From contig JBMFSH010000004.1 of NCBI GenBank assembly GCA_049967655.1, positions 1 to 25,097 on the forward strand: a stretch of DNA of 25,097 nt, given 5' to 3'. Origin of the DNA: Acidobacteriota bacterium. GTDB lineage: Bacteria > Acidobacteriota > UBA4820 > DSQY01. Below, piece by piece: positions 7,153 through 16,470 of this stretch. A model generated the notes under the pieces. The model was not told the origin of the DNA and searched no databases. It worked only from the letters and a program-made list of their open reading frames with translations. The position numbers and the translations under genes are program-made. Numbering within the stretch: position 1 is the first letter of the stretch; every line of letters starts with the position of its first letter.

Positions 7153-7368
7153 TCAGTGCAGGCCGCCGCCGGCCTTCTCGGAGGCCTCCTTGAACCGGGC
7201 GAGGATCTCCCGCTCGTGGCGGAGTTCGTCCTCGGCAAAGGCCAGCAGGACCTGACGCAGACCCTCGTCCTCGCAGAGGCCCGCCGCCTCCTCGTATGGG
7301 GCGCGCGCCTGGCGCTCGGACTCCACGGCCTCCTGGAAAATCTCGAAGAGCTTCTCGGCTCGGTTCAT
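7153..7368 (-). CDS. Small ferritin-like/rubrerythrin-family protein (one helix pair)
   Basis: 'EAVESE..AR..YEEAA' and 'FAEDELRH' (ExxH); AGGGGGA RBS; 71 aa. Confidence 0.72.
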   Translation of the reverse strand: MNRAEKLFEIFQEAVESERQARAPYEEAAGLCEDEGLRQVLLAFAEDELRHEREILARFKEASEKAGGGLH

Positions 7369-7586
7369 GGAGATCCCCCTTGCATGGCGAGATTCCGAAA
7401 TTCACACGTGCCGGCGGCACCCGCTTCCGGTCCCCGGCGGCATCGCCTCATCCCCCCAGCCTCCGCGATGGAAACGCGGGTGGCTTCGGCCAGGCTCCAG
7501 GTTCACGGGGAAACGACCTCACCTGTCTCACGGGGAAGGGCCTCCCGGCCCCTCGCCCCCGCGGCCGGCGTCCCTCGGCGCGCGGG

Positions 7587-10430
7587 TCATGGCCCCACCA
7601 ACCGCCGGGCGAAGGCGTCGAGGATCCGGAGGTAGGGTTGGATGCTCGGTATGAAGTGCCGCTCGTGGCGGCTGTGGGGGCCGATGCCGCTCTGGCCCCA
7701 CACCACCGCGTTGCCGCCCGGGGCGAAGCGGGCCGAGGTGCCGGCCAGCTTGTTGGCGGGCTGGGGACGGGTCCCGCTCACCTCGGCGGCCGCGTCGAAC
7801 AGGGCCTGGAGGTGGGGGTTCGCGGCGGGACAGGCGACGCCCGCCTCCATGACCTCCGTGACTACCTCCATGTCATTGGCCTGGCAATACTCCTCTAGGG
7901 CGTAGACGAAGCCGTCCAGGGAGTCCTCCGGAATGGGCCGGATCTCCAGGCCGAGGATCCCCTCCCCGGGCGTGACGTTGTACACGCCCGGCTCTCCGTA
8001 GGCGAAGAAGGGGAAGCGCGCGCCGGTCTGCCAGCCGTCGGGCGCGTGGAGCGTGAGCCGCTCCTCCATGAGAGCGTGCAGGCTCTGGCGCGCCTGGATG
8101 AGCTGCTCGCTCAGGTCCTTGGGCACCCCGGCCACGCCCGTGTGGCCGCGCTCCCCGCGGGCCACGAGGCGCAGGCGCACGACGCCGCGGTTGGCCGTGC
8201 AGATCTCACCGAAGCGCTCGTCCCCCCGTTCGCCGGTGCGCTCGCCGAAGATCATGAACTCGGGGGCGTAGAAAGCCTCCTCCTTTAGGTCCTTGAGGAC
8301 CTGCGGCGTCCCGTAGGCCTCCGATTCCCCGTTCTCCTCGTTGCCCACCAGCAGGAGGTTGAGGGGCGGATAGGGCGGGCCCGCCTTCAGGGCCCTCTCC
8401 ATCCAGACCATGTTGGTGGCCACCACGGTCTTCATGTCCGCGGCTCCGCGCGCCCAGAGGTAATCTCCCTCGATGCGCGGCTCGAACTGCGTGTCGTTGG
8501 GGTCGGGCTCCACGACGTCGAAGTGGCCGCCGAGCGTCACGGGAGCCAGGAGTCCGCCCGGGAAGCCCGCCAGCACGGCGGGGTATCGCCCTCCCTGGAA
8601 GAGGCGCACCTGGGCCCCGGCCTCGCGGAGCTCGCCGGCGATGAAGTGGGCGCAGCGCCAGACCTCTTCCAGCCGCTCCCGCGGGCAGTTGGTGACGGAG
8701 GGGATGCGGCAGAGGGCCTCGGAGAGGGCCAGGACCTGGGAGAGCTCGTCGCCCGCGCCGGCGACGGCCTCCTGCCGCGCCGGGGCGGCCAGGAGCACCG
8801 GCAGCGAGGGATCGCGGCGCCCCGCCTCCTCGAAAGCCGCGAGGAGTTCGCCCAGCTTGGCCTGCTCATCCCCGAGGAGTTTCTGGTCCCTCAGGACGGA
8901 GGCTAGCTCCGAGCGCAGGAGCTCCCGGCGGCCCCCCAGCCACTTCCGGAAGAGCTCGCGCGGCACGATCCGGTTGCCCCAGGGCGAGAGCATCTCCCCC
9001 CGCAACTCGTGGGCGAAGAAGCTTCGAGTTCGTTCGGCTTCGTTGGGGGCGCCCTCCGCCATCTCGCGGATCGGAATCAGGTGGGCCGAGGTGCCCAGGG
9101 CCTCGGCGAGGGGGTCCAGCCGGTCCAGGGTCTCGCGCAGGAAGGCCCGCAGGGGCACCCGGTCCCCCGTGAAGGGGTGCTCGATGTGCGCCTTAAGCCC
9201 GTCCCTGGCCGCCTGCTCCTCGTTCCGGCGCGCCCGCGCCACGTCCTCGGCGTCGTACGCGTAACCCGCCCCGAAGGCCTCGTCGCCGTAGATCATCAGC
9301 ATGAGGCACTCCTTGAAGGCGATCTTGGCGGCGGAGAGCTCCAGGCTGTCCCCTCCCTCGTCGGTCCTCACCTCCACCCGGTTCATGGGCAGGTCCACGC
9401 GGGCGCAGAGGTTCTCCACCAGCAGGGCCTGCTCGGCCTCCTCCAGGCTGGCGTGCTCTCCCGCCCGGTAGAGCCCCTTCTGGTAGAGCTTGAGGAGCTG
9501 CTCGCTGGTGGCCCAGATATTCCGGTTGACGGGGTCCACGTCGGAGCGGGCGCGCACCGGCGTCCAGTTGTTGGCCCCGAAGCGGACGCCCCGGCGCACC
9601 AGGTCGTAGGAGATCCGCAGGTAGTCCTGGTGGCTCGCGTAGAGGTAGGGGACGTCGAGCTCGGGGGGGTTGGGGAAGGTCAGGAGGCGGTTGCTGTCCA
9701 CCTCCGTCAGGACCACCTCGGGGCGGCCGTTCACCGTCTCCCAGCCCAGCGGCGTGGAGGCCGTGACGGCGATGAAGAGCGGGCAGAAGGGGCGGAGCAG
9801 CCGCGTCGCCCGGATCACGGCCTCGTTCCGGAAATCCACGAGCGTGCGGCCCTCGCGGCGGTGGCGCGGGAGGTGGAAGAAGTCCCAGGAGAGCAGCGCC
9901 TCAGGGTAGGAGTGGTTGGTGTGGATGCCCGCCGTGGCCAGGCGGCTGCCGTAGAGCCCCACGCAGCGCGCCAGGTATTTCTTCTTGGCCAGGCTCCAGC
10001 CGTCCGGGATGGACTCCTCCCCCACCTCCACGGGGTAGGGCAAGTTGCCGTGCAGGGGCAGGAACTGCTCGCCGAAGGCTAGCCCGGCACCGGCCAGCGC
10101 GTTGACCACCACCGCCTCCAGCACCCGGCCCTCCATGGCCGTCCCTCGGAGGTCGTAGTAGGGCCGGGTGGCGGCCTCGGTCATCCAGTGGAAGACCTCG
10201 AGCTGGAAGCGCGACCGCGCCCACTCGGGGATGTGCTCCGCCATGAGGTAGTCGGAGAAGGAGCGGCGGCCCGGCCCGAAGCCCACGGTGGTGACGGGCC
10301 GGATCTGCGAGTCCAGCACGTTGAACTCCAGCTCCAGCCCCGAGAGCCCCCGTTCGAAGTGGGTCTCGATGGACGACTCGATCCCGAGCCGGACCTTCTC
10401 GGCGTACTTGCCCCAATCGGCGGTTTTCAT
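7587..10430 (-). CDS. Fusion protein: N-terminal glutamate-cysteine ligase family 2 (GCS2/YbdK-like carboxylate-amine ligase) and C-terminal M20 (ArgE/DapE-like) metallopeptidase
   Basis: N-terminal motifs SGLELEF, GIHTN, TASTP, DSNR, WTPVR and RVEVRTD. C-terminal motifs GHFDVV, RGAADMK, NEE, GE, GHTG and GPHS..E. Continuous 947-aa ORF. Confidence 0.82.
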   Translation of the reverse strand: MKTADWGKYAEKVRLGIESSIETHFERGLSGLELEFNVLDSQIRPVTTVGFGPGRRSFSDYLMAEHIPEWARSRFQLEVFHWMTEAATRPYYDLRGTAMEGRVLEAVVVNALAGAGLAFGEQFLPLHGNLPYPVEVGEESIPDGWSLAKKKYLARCVGLYGSRLATAGIHTNHSYPEALLSWDFFHLPRHRREGRTLVDFRNEAVIRATRLLRPFCPLFIAVTASTPLGWETVNGRPEVVLTEVDSNRLLTFPNPPELDVPYLYASHQDYLRISYDLVRRGVRFGANNWTPVRARSDVDPVNRNIWATSEQLLKLYQKGLYRAGEHASLEEAEQALLVENLCARVDLPMNRVEVRTDEGGDSLELSAAKIAFKECLMLMIYGDEAFGAGYAYDAEDVARARRNEEQAARDGLKAHIEHPFTGDRVPLRAFLRETLDRLDPLAEALGTSAHLIPIREMAEGAPNEAERTRSFFAHELRGEMLSPWGNRIVPRELFRKWLGGRRELLRSELASVLRDQKLLGDEQAKLGELLAAFEEAGRRDPSLPVLLAAPARQEAVAGAGDELSQVLALSEALCRIPSVTNCPRERLEEVWRCAHFIAGELREAGAQVRLFQGGRYPAVLAGFPGGLLAPVTLGGHFDVVEPDPNDTQFEPRIEGDYLWARGAADMKTVVATNMVWMERALKAGPPYPPLNLLLVGNEENGESEAYGTPQVLKDLKEEAFYAPEFMIFGERTGERGDERFGEICTANRGVVRLRLVARGERGHTGVAGVPKDLSEQLIQARQSLHALMEERLTLHAPDGWQTGARFPFFAYGEPGVYNVTPGEGILGLEIRPIPEDSLDGFVYALEEYCQANDMEVVTEVMEAGVACPAANPHLQALFDAAAEVSGTRPQPANKLAGTSARFAPGGNAVVWGQSGIGPHSRHERHFIPSIQPYLRILDAFARRLVGP

Positions 10431-10487
10431 CTTCGAAGAAGCCCCCAGAGGTTTCGAGGTGCCGGGCTGAGGAGAGGAGGGACCACC

Positions 10488-10537
10488 TCCGCTCCCCCGC
10501 TTTCCCTCCTCACTTCCTCACTTCCTCACTTCCTAAC
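10488..10537. repeat. 8-bp tract plus RBS motif identical to the upstream arm of the four-helix-bundle gene
   Basis: 10513-10537 is identical to 3385-3409 (25 nt), and 10488-10498 is identical to 3366-3376 (tccgctccccc). Confidence 0.85.
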
Positions 10538-11847
10538 CTCTCCAAAGCCTGCCAGAGCCTGGCGGCCGCCCGCTTCGTGACCTCGGGCGGCAGGGCGTAA
10601 GAGAATCGGATCCAGCGCGAGCCGAACTCGCTGAAGTAGACGCCCGGCACCACCGCCAGGCCGAAGCGCTCGGCCAGATAGGAGCCCACGGCCGCGCTGT
10701 CGGCCATCCCCGCCCTCTCCATCCAGGGCCCCACGTCGATGAAGGCGTAGTAGCCCTTTCCGATGACGGCCCTCAGGCCCTTCTCTTTCAGGAAGGGGCC
10801 GAGGACCTTCCGGCTCTCGTTGGTGGGGCCGATGATGCCTGCGGCGGCACGGTCGTAGCCCATCTCGTAAGCCGCCATGGCCACGGCCTGGCTGTGGAAG
10901 GAGGGAATCACGCCGTGGGAGGCGCGGTTCTGCATGAACTTGACCACCTTGGCCGAGGCCAGCAGGTGGGCGTTGCGCACGTTGCTGGCGCCGAGAGATT
11001 TGGTGAGGCCGTCCAGGATGAAGACGCGCTCGCGCTCCTCGGGCGAGAGGGCCGTCAGAAACCGGTTGAGGTCGTGGGGCTCGCCGTCGGTCACGCGGTG
11101 GTAGATCCAGTCGAAGAGGACGAAGGGGATACCCGCCCGGAAGGCGGCCCGCGCCAGATCGAGCTGGCGCTCCTCGGGGGTCGTCCTCCCCGTAGGGTTG
11201 TCGGGCGAGGTGATGACCACGCCCGCCACCTTGCGCCCGCCGTAGCGCTCCGCCTCGGCGGCGCAGGCCGCGATGCCCTCCGGCGTCATCTCCCACGCCT
11301 CCGCCTCCCTGCCGGGCGCCAGCATCACGTTGGCGCCCACGCTGTAGGGGCCCCAGTTGTAGGAGATCCAGGGCACGCGGGAGGTGACGATGAAGTCGCC
11401 CTTGCGGCCGTGGCCGAGGAACTGCATGGCGTCGTAGGCCTTGTTCAGCGCGTCGCGCCCGCCCTGGCAGCCGAGCACGTTGGCCGGCCCCCAACCGGTG
11501 GCGGCGTCGAGGCCCCAGTACTGCTCCACGACGGCCTTGCGGAAGGCCGCCGTGCCGAAGGGCTGGTCGTAGGCCGAGCCGTGTTTCTTCTGGAGCTCGT
11601 GGGCGCGGTCCCAGATAGCCTCGGGAACGCCCGGCAGGCTGGCGCCGCCGTCGCCCTGGCTGGCGTCGAACTGTTCGCCCCCCGGGAAGTCCCGCTCGTA
11701 CACAGCCAGAGCGTCTCTGATCTCGAACATCCGCGAACCGGGGATCTCCGTCATGGTCCGCGGGCTCGCGTCCAGGCCCGCCAGTTGCGGCGGCTCCACG
11801 ATGAGGACGGGGGCGTCCTGCGTCTTGTGTGCGCTTGGGTCGCTCAT
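10510..11847 (-). CDS. PLP-dependent aminotransferase, class I/II
   Basis: Motifs SPDNPTG, FDWIY, DGLTKSLGASNVR (PLP Lys), YAF, VVPG..F and IRFSYA; GAGGGAG RBS. Confidence 0.88.
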   Translation of the reverse strand: MSDPSAHKTQDAPVLIVEPPQLAGLDASPRTMTEIPGSRMFEIRDALAVYERDFPGGEQFDASQGDGGASLPGVPEAIWDRAHELQKKHGSAYDQPFGTAAFRKAVVEQYWGLDAATGWGPANVLGCQGGRDALNKAYDAMQFLGHGRKGDFIVTSRVPWISYNWGPYSVGANVMLAPGREAEAWEMTPEGIAACAAEAERYGGRKVAGVVITSPDNPTGRTTPEERQLDLARAAFRAGIPFVLFDWIYHRVTDGEPHDLNRFLTALSPEERERVFILDGLTKSLGASNVRNAHLLASAKVVKFMQNRASHGVIPSFHSQAVAMAAYEMGYDRAAAGIIGPTNESRKVLGPFLKEKGLRAVIGKGYYAFIDVGPWMERAGMADSAAVGSYLAERFGLAVVPGVYFSEFGSRWIRFSYALPPEVTKRAAARLWQALERLGSEEVRK

Positions 11848-11896
11848 GGGTCTCTCCCTCAGGTCAGATGGGCCGGTGGATCAGAGGCAGTATAGA

Positions 11897-11950
11897 GTGA
11901 AAAGCGAAAAGTGAAAAGTGAAAGGAAAAAATCACCACCAAGACACCAAG
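11897..11950. repeat. 7-bp tract (GTGAAAA)x4 followed by a 9-bp-period TCACCAC-CAAGACAC-CAAG tract
   Basis: gtgaaaa gcgaaaa gtgaaaa gtgaaag ... tcaccaccaagacaccaag. Confidence 0.7.
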
Positions 11951-11985
11951 AGATTTGGGATTGCAGAGGGTGAGGGCCCGGCGGG

Positions 11986-12009
11986 TCGGCCTCTGGAGAG
12001 GCCTCCTAC
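11986..12009 (-). repeat. GTAG-type REP element, copy 1 (GTAGGA-GGCCTCT-CC-AGAGGCC-GA)
   Basis: GTAG tetranucleotide followed by a 7-bp palindromic stem; a homologous copy lies at 25004-25027. Confidence 0.8.
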
Positions 12010-12124
12010 GGCCCCATCGGCACCTGGGGTCTGGCGTCTCGCTTCCCGTCAAAGACGAACCCCCGCCCCCGGGCATGCGCCGGGAACGGGGGAATGGGCA
12101 TCGTGAATGAGGAGAAACGACGGA

Positions 12125-12676
12125 TCAGTTGGGCGAGGCGGAGCCGCCGGTGGGGGCGGCAGCCGATCCCTGCTGGCCTACCGGAGCCTTGGAGGCCTGG
12201 TCGGCGGCGGTAGGCTGAGCCGCGCCGGAGGTCTGGGGACTGGGGTTGCCTCCACCGGCACCCGCCGAGGCACCGGTAGCGCTGCCCTTGTGGTTGGCGT
12301 AGGCGAAATCCGCCACGTGCATGCTGTTATCGAGGGCCACCTTGATGTCCACGTGACCCTTCTGGAACTCCGCCACCTGCGTCACGATGAAGTAGCCGCC
12401 CTTCTGTTCCATCTTGGCCTGCTTCATCTTCACGAAGGGCCCCGCCTTCGTCACGAGCTGCTGCCAGACCTGCTGCCACTTCTGGGCGTTGGTCTTGAAG
12501 CCCAGGTTCGAGTCTACGCGCTGGTAGGCACCATCGTAGTCCCCCTTCTGGAGGAGCTGGATGAATTCGTCGGCTTTGCTGATGGCGATGTCCTGGGCCT
12601 GCGCCCACAACCCAAGGGCCATGCCCAGACAGCTGGCCGCAACCAAGACCCGGCGGATGACGGAACCACGTTTCAT
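12125..12676 (-). CDS. Exported DUF3887-domain protein with low-complexity Ala/Gly/Ser/Pro tail
   Basis: Signal peptide; 'ADEFIQLLQKGDYDGAY...WQQVWQQLVTKAGPF...VAEFQKG...VALD' matches the DUF3887 pattern; AAGGAGG RBS. Confidence 0.78.
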   Translation of the reverse strand: MKRGSVIRRVLVAASCLGMALGLWAQAQDIAISKADEFIQLLQKGDYDGAYQRVDSNLGFKTNAQKWQQVWQQLVTKAGPFVKMKQAKMEQKGGYFIVTQVAEFQKGHVDIKVALDNSMHVADFAYANHKGSATGASAGAGGGNPSPQTSGAAQPTAADQASKAPVGQQGSAAAPTGGSASPN

Positions 12677-12762
12677 ACGGAAGTCCTCCTTAGCACGAAC
12701 AAAAAAACCAACGCCGCCTCGGGGAATTCCCGCGCCTACCCAAGGCCGCCTTGGATGGGGCC

Positions 12763-12791
12763 ATTATATGCTCGCCGCTCCCTCCCGTCAA
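12763..12791 (-). promoter_or_regulatory. Sigma70 promoter of the DUF3887 gene
   Basis: TTGACG (12786-12791), 17 nt, TATAAT (12763-12768). Confidence 0.8.
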
Positions 12792-12823
12792 TCGGGCGTA
12801 GGACTCTCTCTTGGCAACGCCTT

Positions 12824-13621
12824 TCAAGGGCTTGCGGAGCCTTTTGCCTCGGGCGCGAGGCACCTTCGGAGCCACGCCTCCATCCCGCCGACGATGGCCC
12901 GATCCTCATCGAGGACGGGAAAGCCGTGCGGGCTTCCCTTCAGCATCCAGGTCTCGGCCCCCAGCAGCGCGGCGGTGGAGGCGAGCTCCCCGGGGAGGAA
13001 GAAAAAGTCCCGCTCGGCCGCGAGCAGCAGGTGGGGACGCCCCTCCTGCAGGGCGCGCAGCCGCCTCCTCCGGATCCGATGGGACGCCAGGGGAGCCCAC
13101 CGCATCAGCGAGAGGGCGCGAATGACCCGCGGGCTCTCGGCCACGCAGCGCTCCATGAACCTCTGGACCACCTCTTCGGGCGTATCGGGCAGGAAGGTGG
13201 TGCGGCGGACCAGCTCCCTTCTTGTGAGGACGGGAGGGCGGCCCAGGAGCAGGCAGGCCGCCGTATCCCACGGCGCCAGCTCGAACAGGGCGCGCTGCGT
13301 CCTCGGCGGGAGCCCCTCCGCCGGTACGGGCGCCAGCAGGACGCTGGCCGCCACCTGGTGCTCCTCGAGGTACTTGAGAATGAGCCAGCCGCCGAGGCTG
13401 TGACCCACGAGCACCGTGCGGCCTGGGTCCCAGACGCCCTCCTCCAGGGCCTCCAGGTAGTCGCCGAGCCCGTACCGGCCGGCCTCGTCGCCGGACCCGT
13501 GGCCGGGCAGGGTGAGCGACCGGACGGCCCAGCCGCCCTCGGCCAGGTAGGCGCTCCAGGGTGAGAAGGCCCAGGGGCCCTCCCACGCGCCGTGAACGAA
13601 GAGGAGCTCATAGCCGAACAT
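12824..13621 (-). CDS. Alpha/beta-fold hydrolase
   Basis: HGAW oxyanion motif, LPGHG, GHSLGG nucleophile elbow, and AERD and SPHG as candidate triad Asp/His. Confidence 0.88.
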   Translation of the reverse strand: MFGYELLFVHGAWEGPWAFSPWSAYLAEGGWAVRSLTLPGHGSGDEAGRYGLGDYLEALEEGVWDPGRTVLVGHSLGGWLILKYLEEHQVAASVLLAPVPAEGLPPRTQRALFELAPWDTAACLLLGRPPVLTRRELVRRTTFLPDTPEEVVQRFMERCVAESPRVIRALSLMRWAPLASHRIRRRRLRALQEGRPHLLLAAERDFFFLPGELASTAALLGAETWMLKGSPHGFPVLDEDRAIVGGMEAWLRRCLAPEAKGSASP

Positions 13622-13638
13622 GGGGGCTGGAGCTTGCC

Positions 13639-13826
13639 GAGATGAGGGGATGGGGTGATGACGTGATGAGGGGAGGAGGCCGCAGCGAGGGGGCTATGCA
13701 CAGCCAGGCATGCGGCTGTCTATCGTCGGTGGTTGGGGGTCGGTGGCGGCCGGTCCTTTTGATTGGCCCTTCTCCATTCGCCAGGCCCATGGTTCCATTC
13801 CCAAATCCCCAATCCCCTACCCCTGG
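13639..13826. repeat. Mosaic of tandem tracts: 8-mer GKGATGAG x5, 7-mer GGTGGTC-type, 7-mer TCCCCAA-type
   Basis: gagatgag gggatggg gtgatgac gtgatgag gggaggag; tatcgtc ggtggtt gggggtc; tcccaaa tccccaa tccccta. Confidence 0.75.
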
Positions 13827-14260
13827 AACCAGTCGGGGAAGGCGCCCCACCAGCTCATGGTCACCTTGAAGGTGCCGCTCCGGTCGGGCGTCACCATGAA
13901 GAGGGCCGGGGACTCGAAAAACCGGCCGTCGGGCAGGGTGGTGCGCACCTTCCTCCGGACAAGGGCCGTGAGGGGGGAGAGCCATTCGATCCGCTCCTCC
14001 ACCGATTCCTGGGCGATGGGCTCCTCGCGGTGGGCCTCCACCGTCTCCCTGAATTCGTCGATGCTGGCGTGCCAGATGTTGGCGAGCCCCTTCCACTCGA
14101 TGATTTCGGTAGTGGGCAGGTGGGCGTGGGCCTCGCCCCGGTCCGGATCGCCGTCCCTGTAGGCAGCCATCAAGCCGTCCACGGCACCCCGCACCTGGTC
14201 GTCCTTGGAGGGTTCCCCGGTCCCTGGCTGCTGAACTCCGCTGTCGTCCGGTACGCTCAT
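13817..14260 (-). CDS. NTF2/SnoaL-like (DUF4440-type) fold protein
   Basis: 'VRGAVDGLMAAYRDGD' helix and beta-rich 'IEWLSPLTALV...FKVTMSWW'; ATG 14260 after GAGGG. Confidence 0.6.
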   Translation of the reverse strand: MSVPDDSGVQQPGTGEPSKDDQVRGAVDGLMAAYRDGDPDRGEAHAHLPTTEIIEWKGLANIWHASIDEFRETVEAHREEPIAQESVEERIEWLSPLTALVRRKVRTTLPDGRFFESPALFMVTPDRSGTFKVTMSWWGAFPDWFQG

Positions 14261-14315
14261 GGCCGCCCTCGATCGCCGTTTCTGCAACCGACGAGGCCCC
14301 GGATAGGGGCGTCTC

Positions 14316-15416
14316 TCAGCGTATAACCGACCGGGCTCCCGTGTCCAGCAGGGTGAACCGGACGGCCTCCTCCAGCCCCTCGGCGAAGGGGATGCGGGGC
14401 ACGAAACCCAGCTCCGATTCTGAGGCGGCGGGGTCGAGCGCGCGACGCGCGTCGTGCGCCTCCCGGTCGGGGGCGAAGACGATCAGCGCCTCCGCCTCGT
14501 CCTGGTCGAACCCCAGGATGCGGGCCGCGCATCGCGCCACCTCCCTCACCAGCTCCAGGTTGGTCCGCTCGCACCGGGCGCCGAGCGGATAGGCCCTCCC
14601 GGCCCTTCCCCGCTCCAGGGCCAGCAGGACGCCCCGGTTGTGGTCATCCACGTGAATCCAGTCCCGCCGGTTCTCTCCCGTTCCGAAGACCGGCAGGGGC
14701 TTTTTGTCGCGGACCCTCAGGGCGATGGAGGGGATGAGCTTGTCCGGAGACTGAAAGGGGCCGTAGATATTGGTCGTGCGCGTGACCAGGGTCCGCATGC
14801 CGTAGGTCCGGTGGTAGGCCAGCGTCAGCTCGTCGGCCGCGGCCTTGCTGGCCGCGTAAGGGGTGGACGGATTGAGGGGCGAGCGTTCGGTGAAGAGGCC
14901 CTCGGGGTGGGAGCCAAAGATCTCGTAGGAGGAGAGGTGCACAAAGGTGCCCTGCCCCTCAGCCCACGCCGCCCGCGCGGCCTCCAGAACGGCGGCGGTC
15001 CCCAGGACGTTGATCTCGGCGAAGGAGAGCGGATCCCCCGCTCCGGACCCGGAGGGGTTCCGTGCGGCGGCGTGGATCACCGCGTCCACCCCCTCGTCGC
15101 ACAGGAGGCGCTGGAGCGAGCCGCCCTCCGTGATCCGCTCCCGAATCAACCGGAACCGCCCCGGATGGGCCTCCTCCAGGCCATCGAGGACGGGTGTCAA
15201 AGGCCGGCCCCCCAGGCTGTCAAAGACCGTGACCCGCCAAGCCGGCCGCTCCCGCAGGACCATCCGGACCAAGTTGCCGCCGACGAAGCCGCCTCCCCCC
15301 GTGACGAGGAGGTGGGAGATGGCCCTCGGCGGGCGGCCGCCGCCCACCGGAGAAGCGGGGGCGCCGCCGCTCTCGTCCTCGCCCTGCGGGCCCGGGTTCC
15401 GGCTCAGCGTTCTCAC
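14316..15416 (-). CDS. Divergent dTDP-glucose 4,6-dehydratase paralog (extended SDR) with altered catalytic motif
   Basis: Motifs LVTGGGGFVG, YAASK, NIYGPFQ and RDWIHVDDH. SSYE replaces STDE. The start is uncertain (GTG 15416 directly after the rmlB stop). Confidence 0.78.
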   Translation of the reverse strand: MRTLSRNPGPQGEDESGGAPASPVGGGRPPRAISHLLVTGGGGFVGGNLVRMVLRERPAWRVTVFDSLGGRPLTPVLDGLEEAHPGRFRLIRERITEGGSLQRLLCDEGVDAVIHAAARNPSGSGAGDPLSFAEINVLGTAAVLEAARAAWAEGQGTFVHLSSYEIFGSHPEGLFTERSPLNPSTPYAASKAAADELTLAYHRTYGMRTLVTRTTNIYGPFQSPDKLIPSIALRVRDKKPLPVFGTGENRRDWIHVDDHNRGVLLALERGRAGRAYPLGARCERTNLELVREVARCAARILGFDQDEAEALIVFAPDREAHDARRALDPAASESELGFVPRIPFAEGLEEAVRFTLLDTGARSVIR

Positions 15417-15420
15417 CCCT

Positions 15421-16466
<1,046 letters not shown>

Positions 16467-16470
<4 letters not shown>

